64,000 nt of DNA, taken from positions 176,886,001 to 176,950,000 of the forward strand of contig OX597816.1 in assembly GCA_951406725.2 (NCBI GenBank), written 5' to 3'. A program made the translations under genes and the position numbers. This document shows positions 36,154-49,619 of this stretch, in pieces. Source of the stretch: Octopus vulgaris (Eukaryota). The stretch's first letter is position 1; each line of letters starts with the position of its first letter. The notes under the pieces were generated by a model. It worked only from the letters and a program-made list of their open reading frames with translations, was not told where the DNA came from and searched no databases.

Positions 36154-37534
36154 TACTTCAATATTTTGCCATAAAAGCATAACATAGAGAGGAGACTACA
36201 AAACATGTGGGGACATATAACAATTAAAAATATGTAAACATAAAATACGATTCTATGAGTGACGTGAAAATGAACATGAGAAAATAAATTAAAGTTATGA
36301 TAACATGTATGATATCTGAAAATGAAAACATGAAGAGTGTGTTACTCACCCCACACTGAGTAACACCACTTGCTGCCTCTGAGTCCTACTTCCTCTTTAG
36401 TCTCTGGTCTAGTCCTATTTCTGCTCTCGCTATCGCTCAATGACAACACTCTTTCGTAACCTTTTTCACCGGGGGAGGGGGTCTTCTAAATTCTGTGATG
36501 TCTGCTCTTTTTCTTTTTTCCTGTCGGGAAAGTGGTGAATGGGTCTGAGTGGTCTTGAATTGGACTCAGTGTTTTTTCTTTTCTTCCCTCTACTCTCTGT
36601 TACTATCCATTCTCCCTCCTTTCCTCTGTCTTTCTTTTTTTCCTCTCTTTTCTCCTCTGTCTCCACAACTAGTTCGTCTGTTGTTTCATCTATTATTTTC
36701 TTCTGTAGAAGGAAGTGTGCTCTAATGTGGCCCTTTTGGCCACATTTAAAACAACATGGGACTCTGCCCTCCACCCACACTCTTAACACAATTTCTACCA
36801 ATGCCACCATCTCTGCCAGACCCTCTAGCTGCTTCTCCTCTACCTGCAGGATGATATCCAGTGATTTCGCTCTCAATCCTCCTCCTTCCGTTTCCGTGGC
36901 TTGGAGGACAGCCACCTTTTCCTCACTTCCAACGAGGACAGCTGCCATGACCCAAGCCACTTCTATATCAGGTGGGATTGCTTCCACCCTTACCTTGGAA
37001 GTCTTTCTTCCAAGATATGTGGGCAGAAGCACCACCTCTTCTGTCCTCATCGCCACACTCGCCTCCTTCACTGTCCTAAACTGGATGATCACTGTCCTGC
37101 ATTTACATCCTTTGGTTCAACTGTTTCTTTAGCGCTTTTTCTATTATTTCCGCTTCCATCTGTTCAGCCTTTTTGTTCTTCAGGGAGTGCACCCTACAGG
37201 TGATAGTTTTCCTCTCCATTTGCTCCATGATTCTTTTAGGTGGCAACAACTTCACATTGCCACCCACCTTCTGCGTCATTCTTCTATATTCCTTTAGTCC
37301 AGCCAGGTCTACATCTTTTCTTTTTATCTCCGCCACCTCAGAAAGACTTCTTGTTCTCTCCAATATTCTGTCCAGTCTTCTCACCGCCTTCACCAGCTCC
37401 TCCTCCGTTGAAGACAATTCAGACCCGCTAAAGTCTGAATACATTTTCTCTAAACTGCTGCCAAACAGCACAAAAGTCTTGTCTGACTCTCAAAAAAACA
37501 AACCAGCAACTTAATCAACACATGCGCAGTAACC
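36154..37534 (-). mobile_element. ORF1-only non-autonomous Tx1-like retroelement with a 15-bp TSD
   Basis: TSD GGAAGCAAGCTTCTT at 36139-36153 and 37535-37549; frameshifted gag-like ORF1 (37471-36466) with zinc knuckle CFKCGQKGHIRAHF (last Cys lost); no APE or RT; 3' tail similar to the LINE at ~29015-29056. Confidence 0.85.
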
Positions 37535-38117
37535 GGAAGCAAGCTTCTTACCACACAGCCACACCTCAGTACTGAAAAGATGAAAAGCAAAGTTGACTTT
37601 GATAAAATTTGAACTTGAGCTGGAAGATATACTGCAAGGCATTTTTCCTACATCTGTCCATAATAATTGATGCAAGGCCAGCGATTATTGAGGTAGCGGA
37701 GGGGGCAAGAATTAGTTGATTACATTAACTCCAGTACTTGACTGGTACCTTTATCATTTTATCAAACCAAATGGACGAAATTTGAGCTGGAGGTAAAGAA
37801 CTGGAAGAAATACCACAAGGCATTTTCCTGATGCTCTAACAATTCTGCCAATAATAATGATAATAGTTCTTTTCTAATTTTCCCACAAAGCCAACAATTT
37901 TGAGGGGAGGAGAAAATTGATTACATTCATCCCAGTACTTGACTGGTACTTTATTTTATCAATCCTGAAAAGATGTAAAGCAAATTTGACCAAGGTGGGT
38001 TTTGAACCCAATGCCAAGGGCTGAAGATACATAATTCATGGTATTTTTTTAATACTCTAACAATTCTGCCAATCTATAACCCTTAATTCTTTCTGATTTA
38101 GGCATAAGCAGGTAATA

Positions 38118-38607
38118 TTGTGAAGACCCGTTGAGGCAAGTGAAAATCAAAATCAAAATCAAATCAAACCAAATCAAATCAGATATCAGAAAGCAGAACC
38201 AAAATCGAAGTCGATCAACATCAATGGAAATTGCGGCTGTGATACCAGTGCCGGTGACTAGTAAGCGAACCATCCGATCGTGGCCGTTGCCAGTGCCGCC
38301 CTGACTGGCCTCCGTGCCGGTGGCACGTAAAAGCACCATCCGTTCGTGTCCGTTGCTAGCCACGCCTGGCCCCTGTGCCGGTGGCACGTAAAAGCACCAT
38401 CCATTCGTGGCCGTTTGCCAGCTCCGTCTGGCTCCTGTGTGGGTGGCACGTAAAAAGCACCCACTACACTCACGGAGTGGTTGGCGTTAGGAAGGGCATC
38501 CAGCCGTAGAAACACTGCCAGATCAGACTGGGCCTGGTGCAGCCTTCTGGCTTCACAGACCACAGTTGAACCGTCCAACCCATGCTAGCATGGAAAACGG
38601 ATGCTAA

Positions 38608-38639
<32 letters not shown>
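38118..38639 (+). mobile_element. Family C (RTE 3' UTR) copy
   Basis: Three tandem units plus a long (GAT)n tail. Confidence 0.78.
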
Positions 38640-38640
<1 letters not shown>

Positions 38641-39739
38641 AGGAGTGAAGTTAGTGTTTAACTGAAACTTTATTGGCCCTGAAGGGACAAAAGGCAAAGC
38701 TGACCTTGGTGAAATGTGAACTCGGAACATAAAGAGCCAGAACAAAAACCTCACTTTATTGGCCCTGGAAGGATGAAAGGTAAAGCTGGCCCTAGTGAAA
38801 TCTGAACTCAGAACAAATACCTTAATTCCTTTTTCTCCCCACCAATGTGCTCTAACACTTCTGAAAATGAAAAAACATTAAAATAAGGAAAATGCATATT
38901 TGTAAGAAATAAAACTATGAGTTAAGAAGAAATTACTTTCATTTAATAATTAACATATAAAAATACAATGCATATTCCAACAACTAACTAAATACATTAC
39001 AGTCAATAGTTGGATGACTTTGTTTCTGGGTTCATCAACATTTTAATAGATCTCTTTACAGAACATTAATTGAATTCAAGCATAAGCATTAAGGCACAAC
39101 ACATGCCATTTAGCCTTCGTCAAATCAAAATTCTAACTAAAAAATTCATAACCATTGCAGTGTGTGAGTGTATGTGAATATATATGTGAATATGTGCGCA
39201 CACACACACATACATTTAAAATCCATTTGTCTTCATGCAGTAGTTTTCTCCTGAAAGAGATAGGCTTGTGTTCATTTGCACATTTTGAGGCAAATACTGT
39301 AACTGTTTGACAGTAAAGAGGATGAGTAATGAATGAAATGACAATATGTGGAATGATGACACTGAATGAACAGTAATGCATTTCTAAGCATATCATATAT
39401 GTATATATATATATATATATATATTAATTATTTACATGTAAATACAAATACAAAGAAATATAAATATTTATTTGTAAGACTGGTACAAGGCCATATCTGT
39501 TGGGGAGAGTGTGTAGTTGTAATCAACCCCAGTACATGACTGGTGCTTATTTTGTTGAGCTTGGAAGGATGAAAAGCAAAGTCGACTCAAGAGATGTAAC
39601 CAAGCGTATTTCTACAATTCTAATTTTAAACCTATCTTTCTGATTTCGGTGGAAATTTCTCCAATAACTTTATAGACTTTGCTTCACAAATTGTATACTT
39701 AATAAATATAAATAATTTATTTGAAGTTTATCTGTTTAA

Positions 39740-39960
39740 CCCTTTTGTTACCAACCCGGCCAAAACCGCCTCTGGCTCTGTAGTACAAATGTCTTGTTTT
39801 CATAAGTTTTGAATTAAAATCTTCCACCAAACCTTAGTCACAATTTATGTTCCTAACACTAGCTTAATGATAACTAAGTTATTTTACTAAATTCTTTGTT
39901 ATATTTAAAATAATTGAAAGAAACACAGAGCATCTCAAAATAAATACGGTAATGAAAGGG
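39740..39960. mobile_element. piggyBac-like MITE (family 2)
   Basis: TTAA|CCCTTT...AAAGGG|TTAA; close copy at 49395-49619. Confidence 0.8.
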
Positions 39961-41909
39961 TTAAATTTTTTACATCAATATAAATAAGATCTTGTATCAA
40001 AATATTAATCAATTTTCAGAGCCTTGAAATTCTGCAGTCATGACCAAAGCAAACACCTGCTAGAAAAGACTGGATTCTTGAAAGCATCCTGATAAGAACA
40101 TAAAAAAAAAACAGAAGAAAAAAAGAAACTGATGATCAGGAGATTTATTTCACCTGTTGGACTCTTCAAATTATATTTTATATTGTAATCAGTGCAGTAT
40201 TTTAATTTAGTTATTCTGGTTCATAACTGCTACAGTTAAACTCGGTCAGCATGGTTGGTAGAAGGAAGGCTAGCCTACAGTATGAGCAGTTTTTTTCGTA
40301 TTATGTCAATCCATGATCAAAGTATTGAAAGATCATAACTCACCGATATTTTTTTGGTTGAAACCTGTCCTCAGAAAAAAAAACTATACATAATAACTGA
40401 TACTAAACTTCAATTACCATCCTATTTTCTTAAATCTAATGCTGCCTTTATTGTATTAAAACAGCTCTGGATGACATTATACAAGTCAAGTATACTTTCA
40501 TCTGGTTACTCTGGAGCAGAAGCAGAATAGGACATGTTTTTCAATATCCTTTGCTATTCTTTGGAGTTTGTAAACTTTCTTTTATTTCTTTTTCTTTTTT
40601 TTTTTTAAAAAAATTCTTACATTCATTTAATCCCTTTACATTAAATATTTCTTTTTTAATCTTAATACAGACATCATTGTCAAAATAAACAGAAACCAAT
40701 GTATAGTGATGTGCTTCTTAATCTCTGTGGATATGAATTGCTCTGGTAAGCTCAATATTTGATTATTTAGAGAGGATGAGAAAAGTATTATTTAGAAGAA
40801 TTATAAGTTTTGATGATTATTTAGAAAATTTCACAGACTCATTAATATTTACAGTATTCATATCTACATTACATTTCCATCAGGCAAGTATACTTTTATT
40901 TCTAAAATATGAGTTATATTTTTTCCTACTAGGCTTGTTATCATCATTTAGTTCTGGTTTGTTACCATAGAACAAACACATGCTATGAAAGTATTTAGCT
41001 GTATGTGCACAAGCTAGTTACTCAGACAATTCAACACATTGAAGTATTGAGATTTTGTTCATTTCATATATTACTAGGATTTATCAATTGTAAAATGAGA
41101 TAAAAGTCAACTTTTATCAAGTACACTTTTGACCAGCATTTTGCCACTGAAGTGTATCTGTTCAAAACTGATTGTTTAACTAAACATCTGTTTTACCTTT
41201 AAATATGTATTATGAACATCTCAGGAATCATAAATTAGACTATGGGTAAAATTTGGTTAAAAATCTCAAATAGAGGCTCCCTTGGCATATTTGCTGCTGG
41301 AGTTTCATTAGGAATTATCTATGAGAGCAAAGGAAAATGTTTATTTCTCAGACTATTTGAAATAATTACTAAATGGTCATCAAATAAGACTTAAAATATT
41401 AAGACATAGTAATATGTCTTTTTGTTTTTCCTTCTAATTTCAAAATATTTCTTATAAAATATTTCATATTGATTGAAGATTGAAATAAATCTTTAAAAAG
41501 GATTTGCCAAATGTTCATGTATGGAATATTACTACTAGTGTAATACAAAAACTAGGTGAGGCAGAGTTTTCTGGAATTTGATCAAACAATAAAAACTGTT
41601 GAGTGAGATTAGAATGAATTTCAGCTCTCCAATTAACTATAACATTTTATCAATGGGCTTTATATAATAATTATTTTATCTGTATATGGCTATTGGACAC
41701 TCTACCTTCATATCTATGTATGGAAAATACTCAGCTAAAACTTGCTTCAATTGCAAAGTCTAACAATCTTAGATGTTGTTCATAGCATTGCCATACTTGC
41801 ACAGAAAAAAAAGGGGATTCTCCTTGAGGGATTCCCAAAATGTTTCAATTTCAATCGGTTGATGAACCCTTAGAGAGCAAAATTGTGACTGACATTGGAA
41901 TATTGCATA

Positions 41910-42670
41910 CATAGAGGGTGTTCAGGCTAAATTTCTTCAGGAACACTATGATGTACCAGTGAACATCATTGGAGAGCAAAAAGATTAAATTTGTAGTTGA
42001 GAAAAAGTTAGCTGATGCGGAGGAGTGGGAAGAGTTAGGTGTATCATGATGATTTGCACTGAATATCAAAATGCTGACATCATGACTGCTGCTCAGTACT
42101 CTGTGAATACTACGAAGACTGTAAGACGTGACATGGACAGCTGCAATAGAGACTATAAGGCTGTGGTTAGAAAGAAGGGAAGAAGCAGACATTCTGAGTG
42201 TGTCCACACAGAGTTCATCCAACAACTGATGAACAGAGCCTTAGGCTCTGAAGCTGCTGGAAGGCTATGTGCATGGCAGCAGGATTCAACTCCTTGCCAT
42301 ATCTCCAGAAAGAGGCAGAAGTGGGTGTCAGAGAATTTCTATGACTTTGTCAACCCCAATTCCTGGCTTCCTGATTGTAATCTCATGGATTACTATGTGT
42401 GGGCTGCAGTTGAGAAAGACATCAACCACTCTACCTGCACCACCAAGGCCAAGCTAGTGCCCAAAATCAAGGAGGTATTCAAAGATCTTCCCAGGGACAC
42501 ATGCAGTGAAGAACGCATGCACCGGGTCCCAAGGGCTTTTGAGGCTGTGGTGGAAGTTGAGAGCATCTACTTTAGGTGAACTGTTATCTTTTATTTACTT
42601 TTATTTTTGGATGGGATATTGTATTTTTTGTTTCCTTTTATGCAAACTGTCAAATTTAGATATACATCCT
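41910..42670 (+). mobile_element. Internally deleted Tc1/mariner-superfamily element
   Basis: WQQDSTPCH...PDCNLMDYYVWAAVE motifs of the DDE/D domain fused to an N-terminal remnant. Confidence 0.8.
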
Positions 42671-45135
42671 ATCTCAGATGGTAGTGCCCCCCCCCCCAAT
42701 ATCTAACCGCACCTCCTCCTAATAAAAGCTGTCTAGCTGAGTGGCAGAGATTTACTCTCCAAACTGCTAACAAGTGAGCCACAGAAAGTACTGTTTCTCG
42801 ATATCTCTTCTACTGATATCTATATCATCTATCTGGTCAAACTTGAAAAGATAGGACATTATGGAACCGAAGGAGAAATCAAAATTCTATTAGTGAGGTG
42901 AGAAACCATTTTGAAAATTAACTTCAAAATGTATTTTTAACTTAAGTAGTTAAAAAGAGGATTTAATTTTAGTCTTGCCTATAAAATCTATCTTTTGAAT
43001 TTTGCTTAGCAAAGCAAATTCTTTGAGAAAACAGTTAATGAAAGGAAAACTACATGATGCTTATTAACAGTTGATGATTTTTAATTTTAGAAAATGTGAA
43101 AAATTTCAGCAATATATCTAACTGTTTTGTTTTTTATTTTTATGAACCATTTTAATTTGTACAATAATATCAGAGATAATAATCAGAGTAAAACACTTTT
43201 TTTTAATGCATATTAGTAAACAGTAACAGAATTAATCCCACTCCACCTCATAAATGAGATAAAATTGTTGTTTAATCTTAGGTCAATCCTGATGGAACAT
43301 ATTTTTGATCAAAGGAATTCTGGTCATTACAGAAACTTCTTTTTCTTGATATATATACTTAGGACTATATTATCTAGTATGTTCTTAATTTTCTAAAATG
43401 TAAAAGGGTGTGATTTGACTGCTAATTTTAGCATGACAAGTGACTGGAACTGTCTCTTTTGAATCTAGTTTTGTTACATAAATTATAAAGAAAGACCATG
43501 ACTGATCAGTTGGTTATAACCGTAAGATGATAGTAAACCAATAGAGGCAAAAATTAAGTGCTTTCTGTTAAGATGCTACTGGATTAGCATTTCTAGACGC
43601 TTTGTCAAATTTTGCAATCACTCATATGTATACATATTGAAATATTTTTTAAATCATAACAAATGGGATTTTTAAATGTCAATTCTGTTTTAGAATACCT
43701 TTTATTTTATTTTATTCTTATTTTTTAAAATCTAATATCATTTTTTAAATTTGTACATTTCACTGTTTGGTTTGCCAGTGTAATATTATTCAAAACATAC
43801 TCTGTAAAATATCTTGCAATAAAACTTAAGGTATCTTTCAAAATGTTTTATTAATTATTAATTACATATCACATCGCATATAATCCAGGTAAATAATAAT
43901 AGTTTGGTTTTTTTTTGTATTTTTTTTTACCTTTTCATAGAAAATTATGATTATTTATATATTTTACTTACAATTTTCAACATAGCTGGGATATAGGACA
44001 GGTTCTAAAAGTCATTTATATAAATTTTGTTGTATCGTAAACTTAATGCTAAATTGCTTTGGGGGCGGGTTTTAGTATGCAATAATTTTACTGCCATCTA
44101 CTGAATTTGAAAACAAATTTTTAAGTACATCAACCAGGTTTCCTTTATTCTATTCTTTATTTATTTTTTGCAATATGTTTATCAGATTCCTATAAAATAT
44201 GAACGGGACTCTTAGTACATGAAGCAATTTACACAGATGAATTCTAGAAAAAACATGGTTGATGCACTTAAAAGTTTACATATTAGGTAATTTAGTTTCC
44301 ATTATATAACAGCTATTTTCTAATTATATAAAACAAATGTCAGACTCTCTCTGTATTAATAATTAAATTTCTACTTTTGGTAATATATAGCAACCAGTTT
44401 CTGAAATAATTCTTGCAGATTAATTTATACTTCTTTCATGAACTTAGGTCTGTAGAAATTTTCAAACACTGTGTTATATGAATTTTGAATATTTTTTTAC
44501 ATTCATACTTATAGTAGTAGTAGTTGTAGTATTGTATGCTGGTTTCGATATCAGCAGAATTATTTTGAACACTGCTGACATTATAAAGACTGTCTTTAAG
44601 GAATTAGAGCAAAAAAAAAAATTGGGGAAGAAAATACTCGTTATACTAAACATGTCGACTTTCAACTTCATGTTATAACATTTTGACTAAGTACAATGCC
44701 CTATATTTATAGGGAAGGGGAAATGGGAATTTGTGAATTTCATGCCTCTTTCCAAGTGTATAAGTGATATAAAGTAAAATGAAAGAGTTTCATTTTACAT
44801 CTGAAACAGAGTTTTGTGGACTTGGCTTGCTGAGAGCTTACCTCTGCTCTGTAGTGCTCACCTTTGTTTTGTTCATATTTTCTGATATTTTATGGTAATA
44901 TTTGGCATGGTTACTTACTCATGTAACTTCCCCCCATTTACATATTTACACACACATATACATAATGTTCATTTTGTTTCTCATAATGTATTGTGTAATT
45001 TTACAATCAATATTCTGCCAATACTTTTTATCATTTAAGATATCAGATGTCTTTATTCCTGTAATTCCTAGCTAGGGTATTATTTTTAATATGTTGGATT
45101 ATATAATCTTAGTATATACATCTATCTACTCATAT

Positions 45136-45186
<51 letters not shown>

Positions 45187-45402
45187 GAAATGATTTTTCA
45201 ACACTGCGCTTGATGCTATAGGCATGGCATAAATAAATTGTGTTACATAATATTGTTGAAACTAACGCTTGATGCAGATACTGATTGTTTTTGTATTTTT
45301 GAGTAATGAAACCATAGAAACCAATTATGTAGAAAGCCCAATGGTTAAAAAGTGATCAGTCAAGAAATGAAGTTTTGTTTTGTTGTTGGATTGATATACA
45401 AA

Positions 45403-45471
<69 letters not shown>

Positions 45472-45660
45472 TATACTTTTTAGATTAACTTAGTTCGGAA
45501 GTCTGAACTTTTGACATTGTTTTCAGTAACTTCTGCAATGGTTGATTATTTCATGAGGTTCCTGTTTCTTTTTTTTTTTTTATCCATTATTGTTCCTCAG
45601 ATAGTTTTTGCTCCTAGAATGAATAGCTATAACTGACATTGTGTAATGAAAAGAATTATT

Positions 45661-46470
45661 TTAAAATGCAAAATTTGGTAAGCTCTTATCACGGGTAACT
45701 TCACCACCACAACTATCAACAGATGTCTGAAATCCATTTATTAGCAATTGTGAAGCAGATTTGCCAACAGCAGGGATTAACGCTTGTCCATTTTGGGTGC
45801 TAGATTTATTAGGGAGTGGATTTTCTATTTGTCTCTCAGAGACAGGCATAGAGTAGTGGTCTGGTTTAGGAACCTTGCTGTGAGAATACATTACCTTTGG
45901 GCTGATTTTACCAGAAGAAGAAGGCTTTTGCTCAGCAGGATCTTTTACAATCAAATCTTCTTCACTTATGTGGAGCTTAATATTATAGCTATCCTCACTG
46001 TCACTGGAAGAATGGTTGGAACTTGAGAGCATTGAAGTTAAAGAATGCTCATCATTATTAAAAGTGTCAGTTTCAAGAAGCCCATCACATTTCAAATGAC
46101 TATCACAAGGCAAATTCTTATTCAAATTATGGTTACATCCTTCAACAGGAGGATTTGGTTGACTGTGGTTTGGTTCAGCATATATCACTTGAGTTTCAGG
46201 TAAAGCAATATCTAGACCATTGGAAAGAGTTTCTTTATCTGTAAGCTGAGTAGCAGAAGACACAGCAGATAAACGGTGCCGTTTAGGAAGCTTTAATACA
46301 CCATTCTGGGTGTCATTTACTCTTTCTTTTGGCAACTTGTTAGATGAGAAGCTCTGCATAAGTTTGGTATTCCCATTTGGAATGCATCTTTCATTGTAGC
46401 TCACTGACGGTACCTCACTGAATGTACTCTCTTGGATATTATTCGTATAACATTCATCAGTTGTTTTCGT
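45661..46470 (-). CDS. Terminal coding exon of the same gene (Ser/Asn/Pro-rich, probably disordered cytoplasmic tail)
   Basis: 810-nt open frame in otherwise stop-rich AT DNA, preceded by a strong polypyrimidine gcag| acceptor; phase 0 matches the upstream exon; ends ...KSLPNFAF*. Confidence 0.75.
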   Translation of the reverse strand, partial: TKTTDECYTNNIQESTFSEVPSVSYNERCIPNGNTKLMQSFSSNKLPKERVNDTQNGVLKLPKRHRLSAVSSATQLTDKETLSNGLDIALPETQVIYAEPNHSQPNPPVEGCNHNLNKNLPCDSHLKCDGLLETDTFNNDEHSLTSMLSSSNHSSSDSEDSYNIKLHISEEDLIVKDPAEQKPSSSGKISPKVMYSHSKVPKPDHYSMPVSERQIENPLPNKSSTQNGQALIPAVGKSASQLLINGFQTSVDSCGGEVTRDKSLPNFAF

Positions 46471-47466
46471 CTGCAAAAAGGGAAAAAAAAACCATTATTA
46501 GACCAAATTTAACAAAATCTTTATATCATGATTAATTTTATGATTACATTTAACAAATATATATATTAAGATAAATATTAATGATTACTTTTTAACTGAC
46601 TCCTTTATATAAGTGAGGTAGAAATATTATTATTTAATTGCTGAGATATTACAAGTTTCTTATTACCGTCTTAAAAAATTAGAGCCACAAAATGAAAATT
46701 CAACCACTTTGAGTTTCTTTATATTGTGTAATACTAAGACCTTCCCCGCTTCTTTTTTAAACATTTGATCCAATTTTTTCCTCTCTTTTAACATCTAAAA
46801 CTAGAGTATTTTTGAAAAAAGTTGCCTGGCAATCTACGATGAGCTAATAAAGGTATTGCTTATCTCTTGCTTGTGTACCATTTAGCAGATGATAGAAAAA
46901 TGTCACTCTGGTTAGGAAGCAGGTCTACAGCAAAAATTTCTGGTACCTATACCTAGTAGCATAAACTAAAGCAAGGTATGAACACACAATTCTTGAAGGT
47001 ATGAACACACAATGAACACGCAAGGTATGAACACACAATTCTTGAACTGATCTTCCAAGTAACATTTTGTCTTAAACCAATATACCAGATGTGATGAAGA
47101 AAATAAATTAAAGGCTTAGTGTCACAATGCACATAAAAAAGGACATTTATACAGTCTAAGTAAGTGACTCTCTTCTTAAAACTGAGTAATTAGAATAAGA
47201 ATATCCTAACTGCTATAAATGTTCATTTCTTTTGACTCTGTTCAAAGCCTTATCTGTTTTATAGCACTGTAAACAGAATCTTATGACACACATAAATTAA
47301 GTGAAATAGCATCAACCAAATATTAAAATCACATCATGGTTTCAGCTTGTCATACGACCTGTGAGAATATTATTTAGATTAGACACTAATGCGCAATTTA
47401 ATTTAGCTTTCTTTTACTCCTTTCAATCCAGGTTTAGAGGATATAATAAATGGTAAGATTCTTGAA

Positions 47467-47874
47467 GCAGGAGTGGCTGTGTGGTAAGTAGCTTGCTAAC
47501 CAACCACATGGTTTCGGGTTCAGTCCCACTGCGTGGCATCTTGGGCAAGTGTCTTCTGCTATAGCCCCGGGTCGACCAATGCCTTGTGAGTGGATTTGGT
47601 AGACGGAAACTAAAAGAAGCCTGTCGTATATATGTATATATATAAGTGTGTGTGAATATGTTTGTGTGTCTGTGTTTGTTCCCCTAGCATTGCTTGACAA
47701 CCGATGCTGGTGTGTTTATGTCCCCGTTACTTAGCGGTTCGGCAAAAGAGACCGATAGAATAAGTACTGGGCTTACAAAAGAATAAGTCCTGGGGTCGAG
47801 TTGCTCGATTAAAGGCGGTGCTCCAGCATGGCCACAGTCAAATGACTGAAACAAGTAAAATAGTAAATAGTAAA
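47467..47874 (+). mobile_element. SINE family A
   Basis: Near-full forward copy. Confidence 0.9.
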
Positions 47875-49394
47875 TGGGATACTCTTGGTACCACTAAAAT
47901 TCTTATTAAATGACACACCTAATATCCAGTTACGTACATTGGAGGTGGCTAAGGTGTTTAATTTTTAGTCATTAGCGTTAAAACAAATTGAAGAACTTCT
48001 GACTCTTAAATGACAAAATTTAACAATTAAATTTTTTTGTCGCTCATTAAAATTTCCCAACAAAGTTCATCTGACTTTTCAAGGAATTTTATGTACTATT
48101 CTCTGAAAAATCCAATGAACTTTCAAGAAAAGAATTAGTTAAATAAGCTTTTTTTTTGTTATAGAAAGAAATATCTTTTTGCATGTTCTGTAAAATGTAA
48201 AAAATAAACTAAACTGTAAAACAGAGACATCAACCAACAAGCTTTGCATTGTCTTATTCTTTTCTTTAACTTTATCTTTATATATGTAACTATCAATATA
48301 TTGTCACCATCATTACTAATATATTGCAGAAATATACTGAAATATTGTAAATGCAGACTTACAAGGATATATTAGTTTTACTGTATTGATTAAAACTCAG
48401 CTGTGAAAATTGTTTAATAAATCAAACTTTAGACCTTATAAACTATTCACATTTCATTCAAGATCATGACTTTTAAGTTTAATCAATATAAAGTGGAAAA
48501 TATTGAACCAGTGATAGAAAAATTAAAGATGAGGAAGGAATAAGTGAGAAGACTTATTTGCTCATTTTCATCTCTATCACATTTGAGATTCAACAAGAGT
48601 ACGTGTTCATGCAAAGATCAAGTTCATGCAAACATGCAGAGAATAGTGTTTGGTTTTTTGAAACCAGCTAAACAACATGCAGCTATGTATTGGTTTACAT
48701 ATTAGAATACCATCTTAATCAGACCAGCTGAAAAGCTGTATGAACACACACAAACACATGTTTGCTTAATATATCTGAAAAAGAAAGAAGTATTTTGGTG
48801 AATACATTTTATAATACTTTTTATAAAGCTTTAAGATGTATATAAAGAAGTATCAAATGATACTGAAATAAAGGCATTGATAAGTGACTCGAGTAAAAGC
48901 AATATATATGAGACCACATGACAATATCTAAGGATGACAGACAGCAACAACATCAACACCATGGGTGGGATTTATAAGAAAAGAAAATAACAAAATGAAA
49001 CAATTACATGGAAAGTAATCTATAATTTGGAACATTTTTCTTATTAATATACTTCATAAAAGAATAACCTAACAACAACAACAAAAAACACAAATAAAAA
49101 AGATACATTGATTAAAAATAATAAAGCAGAACACAAATGATAGATGATGTAATTTATAACTGCTTTTGTCATTGACAACTGCATTAGTTGTTTAGGTTAC
49201 CTGAATCTAAATGTAAGTGTACGGGGTCCGACCAATATTTTAGGAATTAATTTTTATAGACAGAAAAGCTATTACATACAAAGTTAGGGACTGGAATATT
49301 TATAGTGTCTCTTGAAAGCAACATTGCAACTGAGGCCTTTGTAAAAGACAACTCTTGCTGACTTTGATACACACTCCACCACAATAAGCATTAA

Positions 49395-49619
49395 CCCTTT
49401 TGATACCAACCTGGCCAAAACCGCCTCTGGCTCTGTAGTACAAATGTCTTGTTTTCATAAGTTTTGAATTAAAATCTTCCACCAAACCTTAGTCACAATT
49501 TATGTTCCCAATACTTGCTTAATGATAACTAAGTTATTTTACTAAATTCTTTGTTATATTTAAAACAATTGAATGAAACATCTGTGTTTCATCTCAAAAT
49601 AAATACGGTAACGAAAGGG
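49395..49619. mobile_element. piggyBac-like MITE (family 2)
   Basis: TTAA-flanked; highly similar to 39740-39960. Confidence 0.8.

Noticed and set aside
38240-38465. Regularly spaced GTGCCGGTGGCACGTAAAAGCACC repeats resembling a CRISPR array
   Set aside because: The spacers are similar to each other, the context is eukaryotic with no cas genes, and the array is part of an RTE 3' UTR.
40020-40102. Possible + strand terminal exon after ttttcag, and an exon-like stretch at ~44186-44287
   Set aside because: The frames are short with no recognisable homology, and splice-like motifs are common in AT-rich DNA.
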